Below are positions 1-12,739 of a stretch of DNA of 64,000 bases, piece by piece (the stretch's first letter is position 1; the number at the start of each line of letters is the position of its first letter). The stretch lies in the NCBI RefSeq assembly GCF_009914755.1, contig NC_060931.1. The stretch is one strand, 5' to 3'. This DNA is from the human T2T-CHM13v2.0 reference genome, Homo sapiens. The notes under the pieces are model-generated. The model was not told the DNA's origin and searched no databases. It saw only the letters and a program-made list of their open reading frames with translations. A program made the position numbers and the translations under genes.

Positions 1-419
1 GAAAGGATGATTGCCTTATTCCACTGTGATTCCTTCTATAAATAGGTAAAGGTCACATGTGGAAATGGAGAGTTTTCAAACTTTGCTCATGCTTTTTGAT
101 TTCAGATATTATATTTATCTGGCACAATGACCTGATGAATTACTCTAATGTGGAAGAAATGCCCTTTGTGACCCACAACGCCCATATTGACTTGCTCTTC
201 TGTCTTGCATTTTTAATTTTTACACTTTTCTTGCTTTAAAGTCACATGCCTTGTACAAAAAAAATCTAGAGCTGGAAGTTGAAGTAAAATCCACTCAGAT
301 CATTTTCTGACCCTAATTTCCATAAAAAATACATGTACCTACAGTCATTTTTTTCAAGGAAAATGGAGTAAAAATACCATTCCCACTTGATATCACCTTT
401 TCTGGATTTGCCCATATTA

Positions 420-703
420 TTCACCTAGTTAAATGCCACCTCCTCCAAGAAGCCTCATCTCATGTACAAGGTACATACAATCTCTCTTGACTCTGACCTT
501 CCATAGGAATTTCCTGCACCTCTGCAACACCCGCATTTTCAGACATGCCTTCGTGCCTTGATATGCGCATGCCTCAGCCTCACCACTTCATCCCCACCCC
601 TCGAGAGCAGGATCCAGGTCCCGTTCATCTTCAGTCTCCACAGGGTCCGGGACAGTGCCTCAAATGATGTAAGGGCTCAATAAATGCATCATGAATAAAC
701 AAA
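420..703 (+). mobile_element. LINE-2 3' end fragment
   Basis: aaatgccacctcctccaagaagcct and gagagcagg...cagtgcct...ctcaataaatgcatcatgaataaa resemble the L2 3' terminal consensus. Confidence 0.6.
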
Positions 704-1837
704 GTAGCTCCTGCTTCTGTCTCTGAGACTCAGGGGACCACCAAAAGCAAAAATATTTGGCATTATAAGTCATGACATTATTGCATGGGTTTGCCCTGTA
801 ATGACAATTAGAAGAATGCAAAAGGCCTTGGCTTCCTTGATAAAAAGAAAAATTCAGACAAAAATTCAATGTCAGACTTTTCTATGGAGTTTATGAACAG
901 GAGTAGATCAAAGAAAGCCTTAATGAGCTGAATTCCGGGGAGAAACTATGTTACTGCAGATAGGAAAACAGAACGCCATTTGCACAATGATCTTGAATTA
1001 TCATCTTGCTTGTACACAGTAGGTTCCTACATTCAGAGCAGCCATGGATCTAAAGTCAGCTAGAAGATGGCCAAACAATGGTTCCTCTGGTCTCCTCCTC
1101 GGCAGCTCCAGCAGAGGGCCCTCTGCACACTGGGTCATTTTTCTCACCCTCTACAGCATCCTCTCAGAGGAGATTTCCCACCAAATTCCATAGGATGGAA
1201 AGCCGGCATGCTGCCTTGGGATGAGAACAGATAATGATGGATGAGGCCAGTTTCCAGTGAGACTTTCATTGAGGAAGTTTGCTTCTGAGCACTGACACTT
1301 TCTCCCCTAGATCGCTGAGTAGCGCTATTCCATGGGGGCCCCCAAGAGATGGAAAGAACATCCTGTTGGAGGAATGTTTCCCATTTAGAAACTGGCTTTG
1401 TGCAGAGGTAATTATGTCCTAAGGTAAATTTTAAATATAAGAAAGGACAGCCATTTCCATACATGAAATTACACCATTTAACTTTATAGCCATCTCTTTC
1501 CTCAAGCAGTTAAGTCAATTTTTAGATGAAGGGCTTGACTGTCTATTTTTACTACATGTAATTCGGTGTTCTGTAACTTTCACAGCTATTGCTCTTCATT
1601 GCTATGTGAAAAATCATGGCGATTATCAGGCATGTAGTTTCAGTCATTCAGTCATATCTACAGGGTCTGAGGATTTATGACAGGAGGAAGATACTTCCTT
1701 CCCAACAGGGTTTGTGGTAAATCGATTCCAGGGGCCACTGGACTGCAGGAAGTCTTTGTGATGTTTTCTGCGGTGCATGGGTTTGGCATAATCTGAATTG
1801 AGAGTTATTATTTCTGAATTGGAATGTGTATTAAAAG

Positions 1838-1990
1838 TTTGCCCTTCTCTGGATCAGCTCACAAATCTGTAAAATGGAAATAGCAATGTTTACTTATGTC
1901 ACACGAAAAGCTGCAGGTTTCAATTGAAATTTTTATCTTATAATTATAAACTGAGACTGAGTGGTAACAGGGTATTGTTATTATAACAAT
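1838..1990 (+). mobile_element. MIR SINE fragment
   Basis: Degenerate MIR core cttctctggatcagctc...atctgtaaaatggaaatagcaat. Confidence 0.5.
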
Positions 1991-2308
1991 AACCAAAACA
2001 CCAAAAGAATGTGAAACGTGGGAATACAGGCTTTGTGTGTGTACAGATGAGATGGCTATACCCCATAGGCTTTATTCAGAGAAAAAAAATGTGAAGAGAG
2101 TGAGAAAAGACTTTTTTTCAACTAATAGAAGGTAGAAGAAAAACAGCAGTGACATAAAACTTGGCAGGGTCTTCCAGCTTCCTGGGGACCACAGGAATTT
2201 CCCCAGATTGGTCAACCTCACAAATCACATGTCTTCATCTTCCATTTCTGACAAAGTGAGTTTGACTCTGCAAGAGATTTATTCTCCAGTGATTCTAGCT
2301 ATCAAAGA

Positions 2309-2684
2309 CAGCAGTTCCTAACCTGTTTGGTTCAAAGTTTCCTCTGCAAATCTGGTAAAAATCTGTGGCTCCCAGATCCAATTAAAATTCACAAAGGTAT
2401 ATCTTATTAACACAACAAGTGTAATAATAACATCTAATATTGAGAGAGCACTTTGGGGCCACAGGTTGTGTTAAGTGCTTTAAGTGCATTTTCTTATTTA
2501 GTCCTCACCCTAACCCAATGCGGCAGATATTATTTTCTCCATCTTATAGATGACTGAAAAAGCTTGGAGAGGGTAAGTAACTTAGCCTTCCATGCAAAAA
2601 TTTACTTACAATCATAGAGGTTCTCAGACCTTGTCCAGGCCCATCCATGGGCCATCAAACATGCACCCCAGGTTAGGAACCCTG
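2309..2684. mobile_element. Old hAT/Charlie-type non-autonomous DNA transposon interrupted by a MIR
   Basis: Terminal inverted repeats cagcagttcctaacctg (2309-2325) and caggttaggaaccctg (2669-2684); family not determined. Confidence 0.5.
2422..2587 (-). mobile_element. MIR SINE
   Basis: taagtgctttaagtgcatt...tttagtcctcac...ccatcttatagatgactgaaa...agagggtaagtaactt is the reverse-complement MIR core and tail. Confidence 0.75.
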
Positions 2685-2753
2685 CCCTCTGCAAGCAGAA
2701 TAGCTGCACAGAAAAGCTTGTCAAGATGTCCTAAATTCAGAGCTCATCCCCAA

Positions 2754-2832
2754 ACATACAATATGCATATGTATGTATGTATACACATGCATATATGTGT
2801 GTATAAGTATGTATGTATGAATTACTATGTCT
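2754..2832. repeat. Degenerate (TATG)n/(CA/TA) simple repeat
   Basis: atatgtatgtatgtatacacatgcatatatgtgtgtataagtatgtatgtatg. Confidence 0.6.
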
Positions 2833-5800
2833 ATGAAGGAACAATTTTTATTTCTGAGGCAGCTCTCTAAAGCTGCTTAAGACTGCTGAACTATTTCATC
2901 TCTACTCAGCTCTGCTACCTGATAAGATACTAACATCACATGTTTACAGCACACTCCCACTCATCAAACAGAAACTGACCCTGGGGAGGTGTCATATAAA
3001 GCGCTACCAACCAACAGACAGGTTCACAGCTCCTCAGCCGACATTGGTAATGAATAACATATTACCCTGGGCCTTGAAGCCCCTTTCAAATCCATTACTG
3101 ATGACCCTCCCTGTCACTGGGCTGATCTGGAGCTGGTGTTTAATCATAGTCCTGCAGTGACATCAGAGATCTGGCACTGGACTTTGCAGAAGGGCCTGGG
3201 GGAGAGGTAATTAATGTTGAGTGCCACTGAGGAACTCCCAAGAGCAGGCATCATGAGCCTCGTCTGCCTTTGAGCAGCCGGCATCCAGGTGAGGTGGTAC
3301 AATCCGGCCAGCAGCCTGCACTGGAGAGGTTCTGAGGCTGGCTTTGAGCCATTGGGTCCACATGGGCTTGCTGAAGAGATCATCAGCATTTAATCAATCT
3401 TCCAAAGGGAAGTTCAACCTGAAGAAGTCAGCCTTCCCTTCAGGCTTCCAGGGCATCTGCTCAATGGCAAAGCAGCTTTAGAAAGAGGGTGCTGACTCTG
3501 AGGATGTGTTCCTCCCTCTTCCTTTCCAACAGTCAACGTTGAAGTCAAGATGGCAAAGCAAGAATCCCCTCTGATTGCAAGAAATTGTCAGAAGAAGCTA
3601 TCCAGTCCTCTGATTGTGGGAATCTGCACCGAGCTGGCTACAGCTCTACAAAGATGAGATTTCCAGGTAACACAGAGTTGAGTTTTGTGTCATCCACATG
3701 GGCTGATTTCCCAATTTGGTGACCTGACACATGGCCAAGAGAATAAAGTGATGGGAAAAAAACTCAACTAGAAAATATCAGAGAGAAGAAACATCATGCA
3801 GTTTCTTTAAATTGTAGTGAACAAGAGAGTTAACGAAAATCAGCCATTTCATCCCATATGAAAAATAAAATATCTACAGAAAGCCAAAATACTTTTTCCA
3901 AACACCATTCTGGAGTCATTTACCACCAACCAACCTTCCAAACAAATCGGTTGTTGATTTGTTTATTTGTTACACAACCAGACACATATGGCTGATGAAA
4001 GTAATCAGATGCTGGTGGGGTGAAGACAGAACTCAAAAATAAATTGAACTGAAGAGCTAAACATACTGCAAAAAAGCTCAGGCCTCAGGCACACCTTCCA
4101 AGTTGTGTTATTCTATGCTATTCATACCACTTTCCTTATTGATATAAAACAATTTTTGTTTTCTTTTCCAGAAAGAATGCTGCCAATCGCCAGAGGCAGA
4201 CATGTTTATCAGGCTGTGTATCTTGAAGTCTGACAGAAAATCTGTGGCCTTTGGTACAGCTGAAAAACACTCTGTCAACACCATGGAGAGTGCAAGCCCG
4301 TTGTGCTGGCCTCAACCCAAGGAGTGCAGGGGAATGGACAAAAATTTGACTCAAGGCCAAAAATTACAAGAGGAGGGAAAGTCAGACTTGAGGCAAACAA
4401 GCCTTTTCCATCGGGTCTGTTTAATATCTCGTGTAAGCATCCAAACCACAAATCGGTCAGTGCTTAGGTGAAAAGACAAGTTTTTCTCCCTTTTGGAAAG
4501 CTATTTTGCTTAAGCTCCTATGAATACATCAATTATATTAGCCCTGAGAGTGTCTGTCAGTGCAATGTTAAAAGGTCCACTATTTTTCAGACTGCCCACA
4601 TCAGAAACAAAATACCCTTCAAACTCTCTGCCCTGAATTGCTTGGGCCAAAGAGAGCTTGAGAGAAAAAGGCATAAACTCCACAACATTGACAGTGAGAA
4701 GAGCCACTGGTTTTAAGTAAATTGTAGTCATATTTATCAGCTTAATAAAATCCCCCCAGCACTCGTGTGCCATCAAATTCTTCAATTTCAAATTCAGGAA
4801 AAATGGCTCTTTTGTGACAGAAGGTATAAGGCCAAAGGGCAGGTTGTCAGCGAGACCGCCTCCCCTGCAGGCCAGTTGGGCTTGGAGCTTTGGGAAGGCA
4901 AGTTTGCAAGAGCCTAGGCCTGTTGCAGAAATACTCTGTCCTCAGCTTTTCCTTCAGGGCCAGGTCCCTGGATTCTTGGATAAGACATTTACAATATGCG
5001 GGCACCACACTGAATCAGGACTGTGTGCAGAGAAGCAAACCAGGCCTTTCCACATAGATAGGAAAAAATAATCATAACAGTTCATGGTTATGCAGCTTCC
5101 AGTGGACTCCATTGTTACCTGGTAATCATCAGTCAATTGCCATCACCCTTAACCTTAAAGGTGTCACTTTCGTACTTCAGGTATTCTTTCCAAAGTCCCT
5201 CTACCCCTTCTTCTCCCTGTCTTATCTGTCCCTGATCTCTGCCACCCTCAGTTGCTTACATTGGCCAACCAGCCTGAAATGGGAGAGGTTGAATCCTTCA
5301 TGCTATGTGCATAGCCAACATTCCACAAGATTTATGTCACTAAAGCCTGTGAAAATGACAAATGGTGAGAAAGAGGGCCAAAAAGGGAAGCAAAAATAAA
5401 TCCAACTACGATTTAACAAAGGGCGGCCCAGTATCTGTACCTAGTGGGTACTGTGATATCTTGAGGGACATGAATTTAACAAGAGAAATAAACTGCTGTA
5501 TGAGGATCTTTAAAATGCTCTTGTTTTCCATTCAAATTCTCTTTAGTAAAGTTGCTTTTTGCCCTGAAGTCATAATCCAATTGTGTCAACGTGGTAATTA
5601 AACATCTGGATTGATTAGGTGGGGAAAGGGAGATTATTTTCTAAGATATTTTTTCTAAAAAATAAGCTTAAGAGTAGAAGGGCTCTGGTTTCCCGGAGCT
5701 GTCTAGAGTCATGGAAGGAAGGCCGCCAATATGAGGGATGAGGATGGCCACACAGTAGGGTGACTTTTCAATAAAATAACTTTTTTGTTCTTGTCACATT

Positions 5801-5914
5801 TAGTGAGCTTACTGCAACTACTACCCTACCAAAGTCACTGACTTCAGTAAACCATGGCTCAGCCATATGATGAATCATCCAGATGATCAAAATTATTCTT
5901 ATGAAGAGCTTTTA

Positions 5915-6170
5915 ACAACAAATACAGATACTTGTGATATAACACTGTGAACAAAAGCAAGATATACAAGGGCATTTGCAGTATAATGACAACTATGAAA
6001 CCGATCCACATACGAGAACAGCAATACTCCAAAACTTCAAAAGGTGATTAGCTATAGATGGTGGGATTCTAGATGATTTTTGTTATTTTCTAGACCTTGT
6101 ATTGAGTATTCTATAGTAAGTATGGATTCATTTTTATAATTAAAAATATATTTTTAAATGGAATAAAATC
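5915..6170 (+). mobile_element. Ancient L1 (L1ME-like) 3' UTR fragment
   Basis: aaaagcaagatatacaa...cagtataatgacaactatg...tggtgggattctagatgattttt...tttttataattaaaa resembles L1ME 3' ends. Confidence 0.5.
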
Positions 6171-6386
6171 TATAAAAGGCATCACCTACTTCTTTCAAAG
6201 GTCACATATTCCTTAATCATGGCTTGAAGCCTCAGAGCTAAAATGGCAGTGTTCAAAATATACATCTGCTTTAGAACCTATTTTCTTCAATCTTTCCTAT
6301 GATACTTAAAATTTCATAGACCTTCACAGAAATGTGGGAGGAAATCTGTTAGTGACTTTGTACACGCACCCAGATGATCTGGAACT

Positions 6387-6693
6387 GGTACTCTCCAGTG
6401 AAGCAGCCACTGGTCACTGAGGCTACCAAGCACTCGAAATGTGTCTGGTCCAAGCTGAGATGAGCTCTGAGAATGAAATACACACCAGCTATTGAATATA
6501 TGGGAAGGGGCAAAAAATGTAAAATATCTCAATACTAACTTTATATTGATTACATGTTGAAGTGATATTTTTGAGATATTGCATTTAATGAAAAATACTA
6601 TTAAATAATTTCACCTTTTTTTTAATGTGTAATATAATGTAATATGTAAAATGAGCTATGTAGCTCACATTAGCGCTCTTTTGGACTGAAATA
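6387..6693. mobile_element. MER33 (hAT-Charlie MITE)
   Basis: agcactcgaaatgtg...aaatacacacc...aatgtaaaatatctca...tttatattgattacatgttgaa...aatttcacct...tatgtagctcacatta...ttggac follows the MER33 consensus; tctaga-type target nearby. Confidence 0.8.
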
Positions 6694-9499
6694 CTCTAGA
6701 AAAAAATTCTGCAGAAGTGTGCTTCGATTATCCATCTATCATCTTTCAGAAACATGCAGGATCTGAATACACACAGATTGCTTGCCCAAGCCAGATCTAT
6801 GGCCCCCAGTAAAATGTATTCTCCTGCCCCTCTTCCAAGTTGTATCACACTTTTAGTGGTCAGACAATTTCAGTTATTTCCAAGCGCAGACGAATTGAGG
6901 CCAGTTCGATGAACAGCACTTACAGGCTGCACCTAACAGCCGTCTTGCCTTTCTTCAGACTGACACGGCCCACAGAGCTCAGAATTCTCTAACTCCCTAA
7001 CATCTGCCTCTGTTCCCATGGATTCACTCACACATCTGTGTAACACTTCATTCAAAGGACACAGTCCCCATTTGAGACAGCCTCAAATATTCACAGCTCC
7101 CAAAAGGCTGTGCCAAAGAAACTTCCTCCGTGTAGCTGTAGGCCATCTCTCAAAGTGCCCTTGGTGTGAGGGGACTGAAAATTATTGCTCTTCAAAAGGG
7201 CAGGGGAAAATGAAAGGAAGGATTATATCTGCCTGAACTGCCAAACCAAACTCTGAGAAGCAGATTCTCCAGAGAGTGACTCAGGCCCACATGATGTTTG
7301 TTGGGGATGATGTTTTCACTGGGAGGCGAAGTGTGCATTTGCTTATCTGGCCAAAGGCTACTCAACTTATGTGGCCAGCCCACCCCACAGCAAACGTGTA
7401 CAAGGGTTCTTGTTTCTCCCTGCTCAGAGCTGCATTTTCTCTCTCTACAGCAGTCATTAGAATAAATAAAACCCATATAATCAACATGAGAGGAAGAGGA
7501 CATATTTTTGTAATGCACGCGGGGGAGGAGGGTGGTTTTTAAAACACCAGGGACACCGCGAATGCCACAGTTATTATGTCAAGGCTCATGAGGTCAAAGT
7601 CAGTTAATAATTCCCGATTATTCTCTTAAAGATGACTAACACACAGCCCAATGCTAACAGTTTTCATATTTTAATGATCTTCCATAGAGTTTTCTAATTT
7701 ATTCAACCTCAGCAGATTCCATTTCTTCATAAAAATAAAGTATTTTTCATCACAGAGGAATAACTTCAAGTTTTTCTTCAGGGATGAGAATCCAAAATCC
7801 TGACTCTGCCTGCCATGCTACTGAGCTGTCTCCATTTATCTCTCTGAAATTTTTTGGCTTACAGATTAAAGCATTAGAGGAAAAGAAACTATAAACATAA
7901 AAGAATAATAAAGATCATGATTTGTTTAATTTTTACATTCTTATTATTAAGACAGAATTTAGGAAGCAAAACTGCACTTTATCACTTTAAAATATACCCC
8001 CAAAATCACTACACTAAAGGCATTATAAAGGGTGACATTGTAAGAATATTTAATTGACATGATTTGGGAGGAAGGGCTGGCAGCACACAAGGAAGAATCG
8101 AATGTGAAAGAGAATTTGGTTAATTTTAAAATGTTATCCAAGTAATTACAGTCATTATACTTTCCTGCGGCGCAGCAAAGAAGTAAAAATATCAAGCTCT
8201 CCCGCAAATTTTCCAATATATACATACTGTTAAAACATACACATGTGCACACAAACACGTACAGTGAAACCAGATTTTGGAGTTTATCGCTTGCCAAGGT
8301 TCACCCCAGAGCAAATATTTACTGCGGAGTTACAAAATTTTCCTGAAGGAGAACCAAAATGGAAGCGTTTACATATGCTGCAAGTACTTTGTGTGCGCAG
8401 GGGCCACAAGAAAGATATAGTTTAATAAAAACATTTATGGATTTTGAAAGCAAACACAATCCAAGAGTCTTGCACATGTGGGAAAAGATGATATTCCAGC
8501 CTAACACGTTCTCTCTTGAAGATCTTTTGGCTGTTTGCAGTGAGCAAACCCCAGTTTCCTCTGGGGCCCCGCTAATCTATATTGTAAACCATTCTCAGGA
8601 AACAAATGAAAAAACCATCCGACACTGCCCTCGGAGACAGCGGCAGGGATGCGGCTCTGCTCTACAGGCAGACAGAAACTTCCCAGGATGGGCGAAGGTG
8701 GCTGCTGCATGAAGAACTGGGGTTCTCTAACCTAAACCTTCGCCACCTCCTCTTCCTATCAGGAGAATCTCTCTTAACTGATTTCCTCTGCATTCTCTCA
8801 CCTCCCGGGCTACCTCCCACTTCACCATCGCAAAACGAACCCGATATTTGCAAAACTTAGGAAAAGACACACCGGCGTGCGGCCCACTGTTTCCATGCCT
8901 TTTGCCCCATGGCCTGAGAACCCACTGTATGCATGGCCTTAGAACCAAAGTTTTGCACTTCAAGTGAGCTTTGTTCACGTTCGCCCCATTTTGTTCTGCC
9001 ATTAGGTCTTGCGGGTGCGCTAGCCTGCTCTTCATTAGTGCTTTTGTGCCTCATTCTTTATGAACCCCGGGCTGCATCCATCTACCTTAGCGCTAATGAT
9101 CAAACGGGGGATCTTGAAATCACTCTGCGCAATTTACAAATCACACAAACTGGAAAAAGGAATTCACGCCAAATTGGACAAACTTTTGGAAAGGCCTTGT
9201 GGAGCCTTGCTCCTCTATCCTTGGGCTCTATTGCCCCCTGGTGGTTTCTCCGAGACAAACGCGGCCAGGGCTCAGCTCCGAGGCTCAGGTGTCCTGCCCT
9301 GCGGGCTGGAGCTGCTCTCTGGGACGCAGTGGGGCTGACTCGCGGGTGGGGAGGGAAGGAACCGGCAGTACGAAAATAAACGTGGAAGAAAAGGGAACTT
9401 GGGGACATTTGTCCGGCAAAAAGGGTTCAGGCTTCTCCACCTAAAACAAAAGAACATTAGAGCTGTACAAAAAAATGCGGAGATCCTAAAACAGCCCCC

Positions 9500-9580
9500 T
9501 CTTTCTACAGACGAGAAACTGAGGCACAGAGAGATGATGTGATTTGCCCAGTCACATCATCTGGTTGTTTATGGCTAATC
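9500..9580 (-). mobile_element. MIR fragment
   Basis: tacagacgagaaactgaggcacagagag...gtgatttgccca-gtcaca. Confidence 0.65.
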
Positions 9581-9780
9581 TCACCAACCCTGGTCATGCT
9601 GCTTTTGGGGGATGACAGGGTTCGGGGCTCCAGGCGGCCGGGAAAGTGTGATGAGTTGGCCTTATTCTGTTGAAGACGCAAAGGAGTGATCAAATAAGGA
9701 AACCAGCAGCCTGGGAGATTTGTGTTCCAGGCCCCAGTGAACCCGTTACAGGGTGGGACTGGGTGGAGCAGCCTTCAGGC

Positions 9781-10439
9781 CGCCCCGGCCCCTCGTGGGA
9801 ATGCGCCGCGCCCCCCGGACTCTGGAGCGGCCCGACCCTGCTTCCCAGGCCCCGGGCAGGCGGGCGGGCGAGACACAAAGCAGGCCCCGCGGGCGGTGCT
9901 CCGGGTTTCGCGAGGGCGGCGGTGCGCTTGATTGATGGATTCACGGCGTTTAACCCCCGCCGCCTCGCCGGAGGCGGCCGATCCAGCTGCGGCCGAGGGC
10001 CTAGGGTGGCCATGGGCCCGGCCCCCGCGTCCTCCGCGCCCCCGCCCCGGCTCGGGAGGGCTGCCCCCCGGGAGTGGAGAAAGGCTGATTTACAGCCGGC
10101 CGGCCGCACTCTTGCAAAATCACTGCGGCCGGGGAAACCCACTCCCAGGACTCAGCCCGGAAGAGGCCCTGAAGGGGAGCGGAGACTGGGCGCTGGGGTG
10201 GGGGCGGGGGCGCCGAGCCTCAACTTCCCGCGTCTGCTGGAAGCTTGCTCTGAGCGCCGGCTGCGGCGTTTTCCCGCCTTCTGCCCACGTTTTCGCCCGG
10301 GAGTGGGTTTCAGGAGAGCTGGGGACAGCGGCATCCCTCGCCCTGGGACCGTTGCCCCTGCGCCCGCCGCCCTGTGCCTGGGCCTTTGCACCCGGAGCGC
10401 CCCGCGCCCCAGCGCAGTCGTCCCCACGCGCCGGGATCG
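9781..10439. promoter_or_regulatory. CpG island 1 (orphan)
   Basis: Very GC-rich and CpG-dense, with GC boxes, PBX-HOX-type sites TGATTGATGGAT (9929-9940) and TGATTTAC (10086-10093), and a G4-type motif at 10188-10210. Confidence 0.9.
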
Positions 10440-12548
10440 CCAAATTCCCACCTGGGGCCCGCCTTTACTGGGGGGCTGCAAAAGAGACTTAGAAGCAGAG
10501 ATTCGGGAGGGGAGCTGATAGCTCCCGAGTCCTAAGCCACGCCTGGACAGCCCACAGGTCCCATCTCCATTTGTTTAAACACTTTTTGCCCCGTTTTCTG
10601 CAGGGCAGAAGACAAATATTAAGAGAGCAAGATTGTGCTTAGAAACTTAAGGTTCTCTTTTAAAAGACTCGTTCCTTCAGGTCTTCCTTCTTACCACCTA
10701 AGGGAAAAAAGTACCCCCTAAAATTCTTGCTTTACTTTTAGCAATTCTTACTTCAGTTTTACTATTGATACCCTCCGATCTTTTTCAAGAGGAAAAAAAA
10801 GCCAGATAGTGAAATAAAATAAGAAACGTATGGTTTCAACTTGAACTAACGAATCCGAAGTGTTGATTCTAAACTAAAAAGTGTTACTACTTTTTTTGCT
10901 TATATGTGCCTGGGTAGGATGAGTTTTCCTACAGCCTGCGAAGTTGGTCACTAGAAACAGGGGCTGGTGAAAATGTGCAGATTCTTGCCCTGCAGACACT
11001 AAGGATCTGGTGCTGGGCTAGAAAATTCACCCACAGTTAGGATGTCAGAGGGAGATATAAGTAAACGTCGGCACCCAACTCATTAGTTTCTGGCTAAATA
11101 AAAGTCAACCGACAGAGCACAAAACAACAGATCCAATGAATCCACCTTCTTGTAAAATGAGGGCTAATGGCTGTATTCTGAAAGATTTTTTTAGGTAGAC
11201 TTATTTTTAAAGGCCGGTTGCAATTTTAAAATGCATAATTATAGGGTAGAGTAATCAAAAGTGAGTGTGCAATTATTCTGCTTGTATAAATGGGAGAAGA
11301 AGTCATGAAGTTTCCCAGCTAGAGAGCTGTCGACCTGTAAAATGTAAAAATGTACATCTAAAGCTGTGAAACTTCTCACTTGAGTACAGTATTTTCTTCT
11401 TTCCTCCCGTCTCCCTCTGCAAATACCGTAAGTTCTTATTCTGACCTTGATGTGGGGACAGCACGAACCCTTCTCTTCCTGATAAACCCAAACAGAAAAG
11501 CAGATATAAAAGGAGAGGCAGATGAGAAGTGGAGGTCTACACTTTCCAGGGTTCCACCCTCAAATCCCCCGCCGAGGTTGGCAAAACAAAGATTCTGCCC
11601 CCTACTACAGTGACTTGTGAGTGGAAAGAAAGTCTTGCCTATCTGTCATAGGGACCCCAAAATGAATTCCTAAAAAAGCAACGCTGCTCTAACAGCAACT
11701 GGATCGGAAAGCAGAGAAAGCAGAGATGCAACCTCGGCCCTGTGGCTCCGGCCAGGCTCTGCTCCAGTGAGACCACTCGCTGGGAAACTGAGTTTCCCCC
11801 TCGATTTCAGTTTAGTCCCTAAAAAGTTCGCCCGGCCCTGCAAACACCACGCTCAGAAACGCAGCGGCCTCTTACTCTTACCTTTTTAAAGCGTGCTTAA
11901 GGTGCTTACTTCGCTTAAGGAAATATTTTTGCAAACACTTTCACTGGATGAATATTTTACTCGCAAACTTTCCTGGGCAAAATCTCCGGAGGAAGTTTCA
12001 CATTAAAGCAACAACCAACAAAGCTTATTTTTGTAATATGTGGCTCTCTAACAGTGCCAGTATGTTCTCACTTCATTTAGTTATAAAATATAAAAGTGTT
12101 TGGTTTTCAATTTTTCTAAATTACTTGCAGGGTACAAGGTGGGGGTGGAGATGGTGAGAAGGGGATCCTTATGCCATCTGGCGGTGCCATGTGGAACTTC
12201 GCTGAAGAAGCTAAATTTACTGACCATCTGTGCCTAGAGCGGGTTTCTCCAAGGAAAGGCTCTGTAAATCTCGTCCTTTTGAAATCTAGGGGAAAACAGC
12301 CTCCTTCACTGAGGATTAATTTAAAGAAAGGGGGAAATAGGAAAATTCCATGCGTTGGAAGTCCATTTAGATTTCTACATGAACCATCATATATGTGCAC
12401 TACATAATTCTTATTTTTTTATTTTTAAAAAAGGGATAATTTATATTCCAGTGACAAGTTTGGGAAAGGCCAAGGCAAGCAATTGAGTTGAACATTATGT
12501 AGCGTTTATATAGACCTTGCAGACGTCTGTGCAATATCCACCACCGAA

Positions 12549-12739
12549 CACGTGAGGTCGTACTCAAGTCTCTCTGGCCCCTGGTAATGTGACTCCCTTC
12601 CTTTATTTGCATGAATCGCCTGGATTGGGTGTCAGGTTTTTAAAACGTCAAGGTTTACGCCTATTGTTGTCAACCAATCAGCATCCTACTTTGACGTGAT
12701 TGGCTTCTACTGTAGGTGTCAATCATCCAAAATTTGCAT
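12549..12739. promoter_or_regulatory. Promoter-like motif module (E-box, 2x octamer, 3x CCAAT, 2x CRE-like, PBX/TALE)
   Basis: CACGTG 12549; ATTTGCAT 12605 and 12732; ATTGG 12624, CCAAT 12674, ATTGG 12699; ACGTCA 12645, TGACGT 12692; TGTCAATCA 12717. Confidence 0.6.

Noticed and set aside
1106-1126. 16-bp perfect palindrome gcagagggccctctgc overlapping a CTCF-like core
   Set aside because: About one 8-bp-arm palindrome is expected by chance in 64 kb, and the CTCF match is imperfect at its 3' end.
8359-8712. 117-aa ATG-initiated ORF
   Set aside because: No family resemblance or supporting exon structure; length is within chance for 64 kb.
9670-10518. 282-aa ORF and overlapping ORFs in several frames
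   Set aside because: They coincide with a very GC-rich island where stops are rare; Pro/Arg/Gly/Ala-rich, no recognisable domain, non-ATG start.
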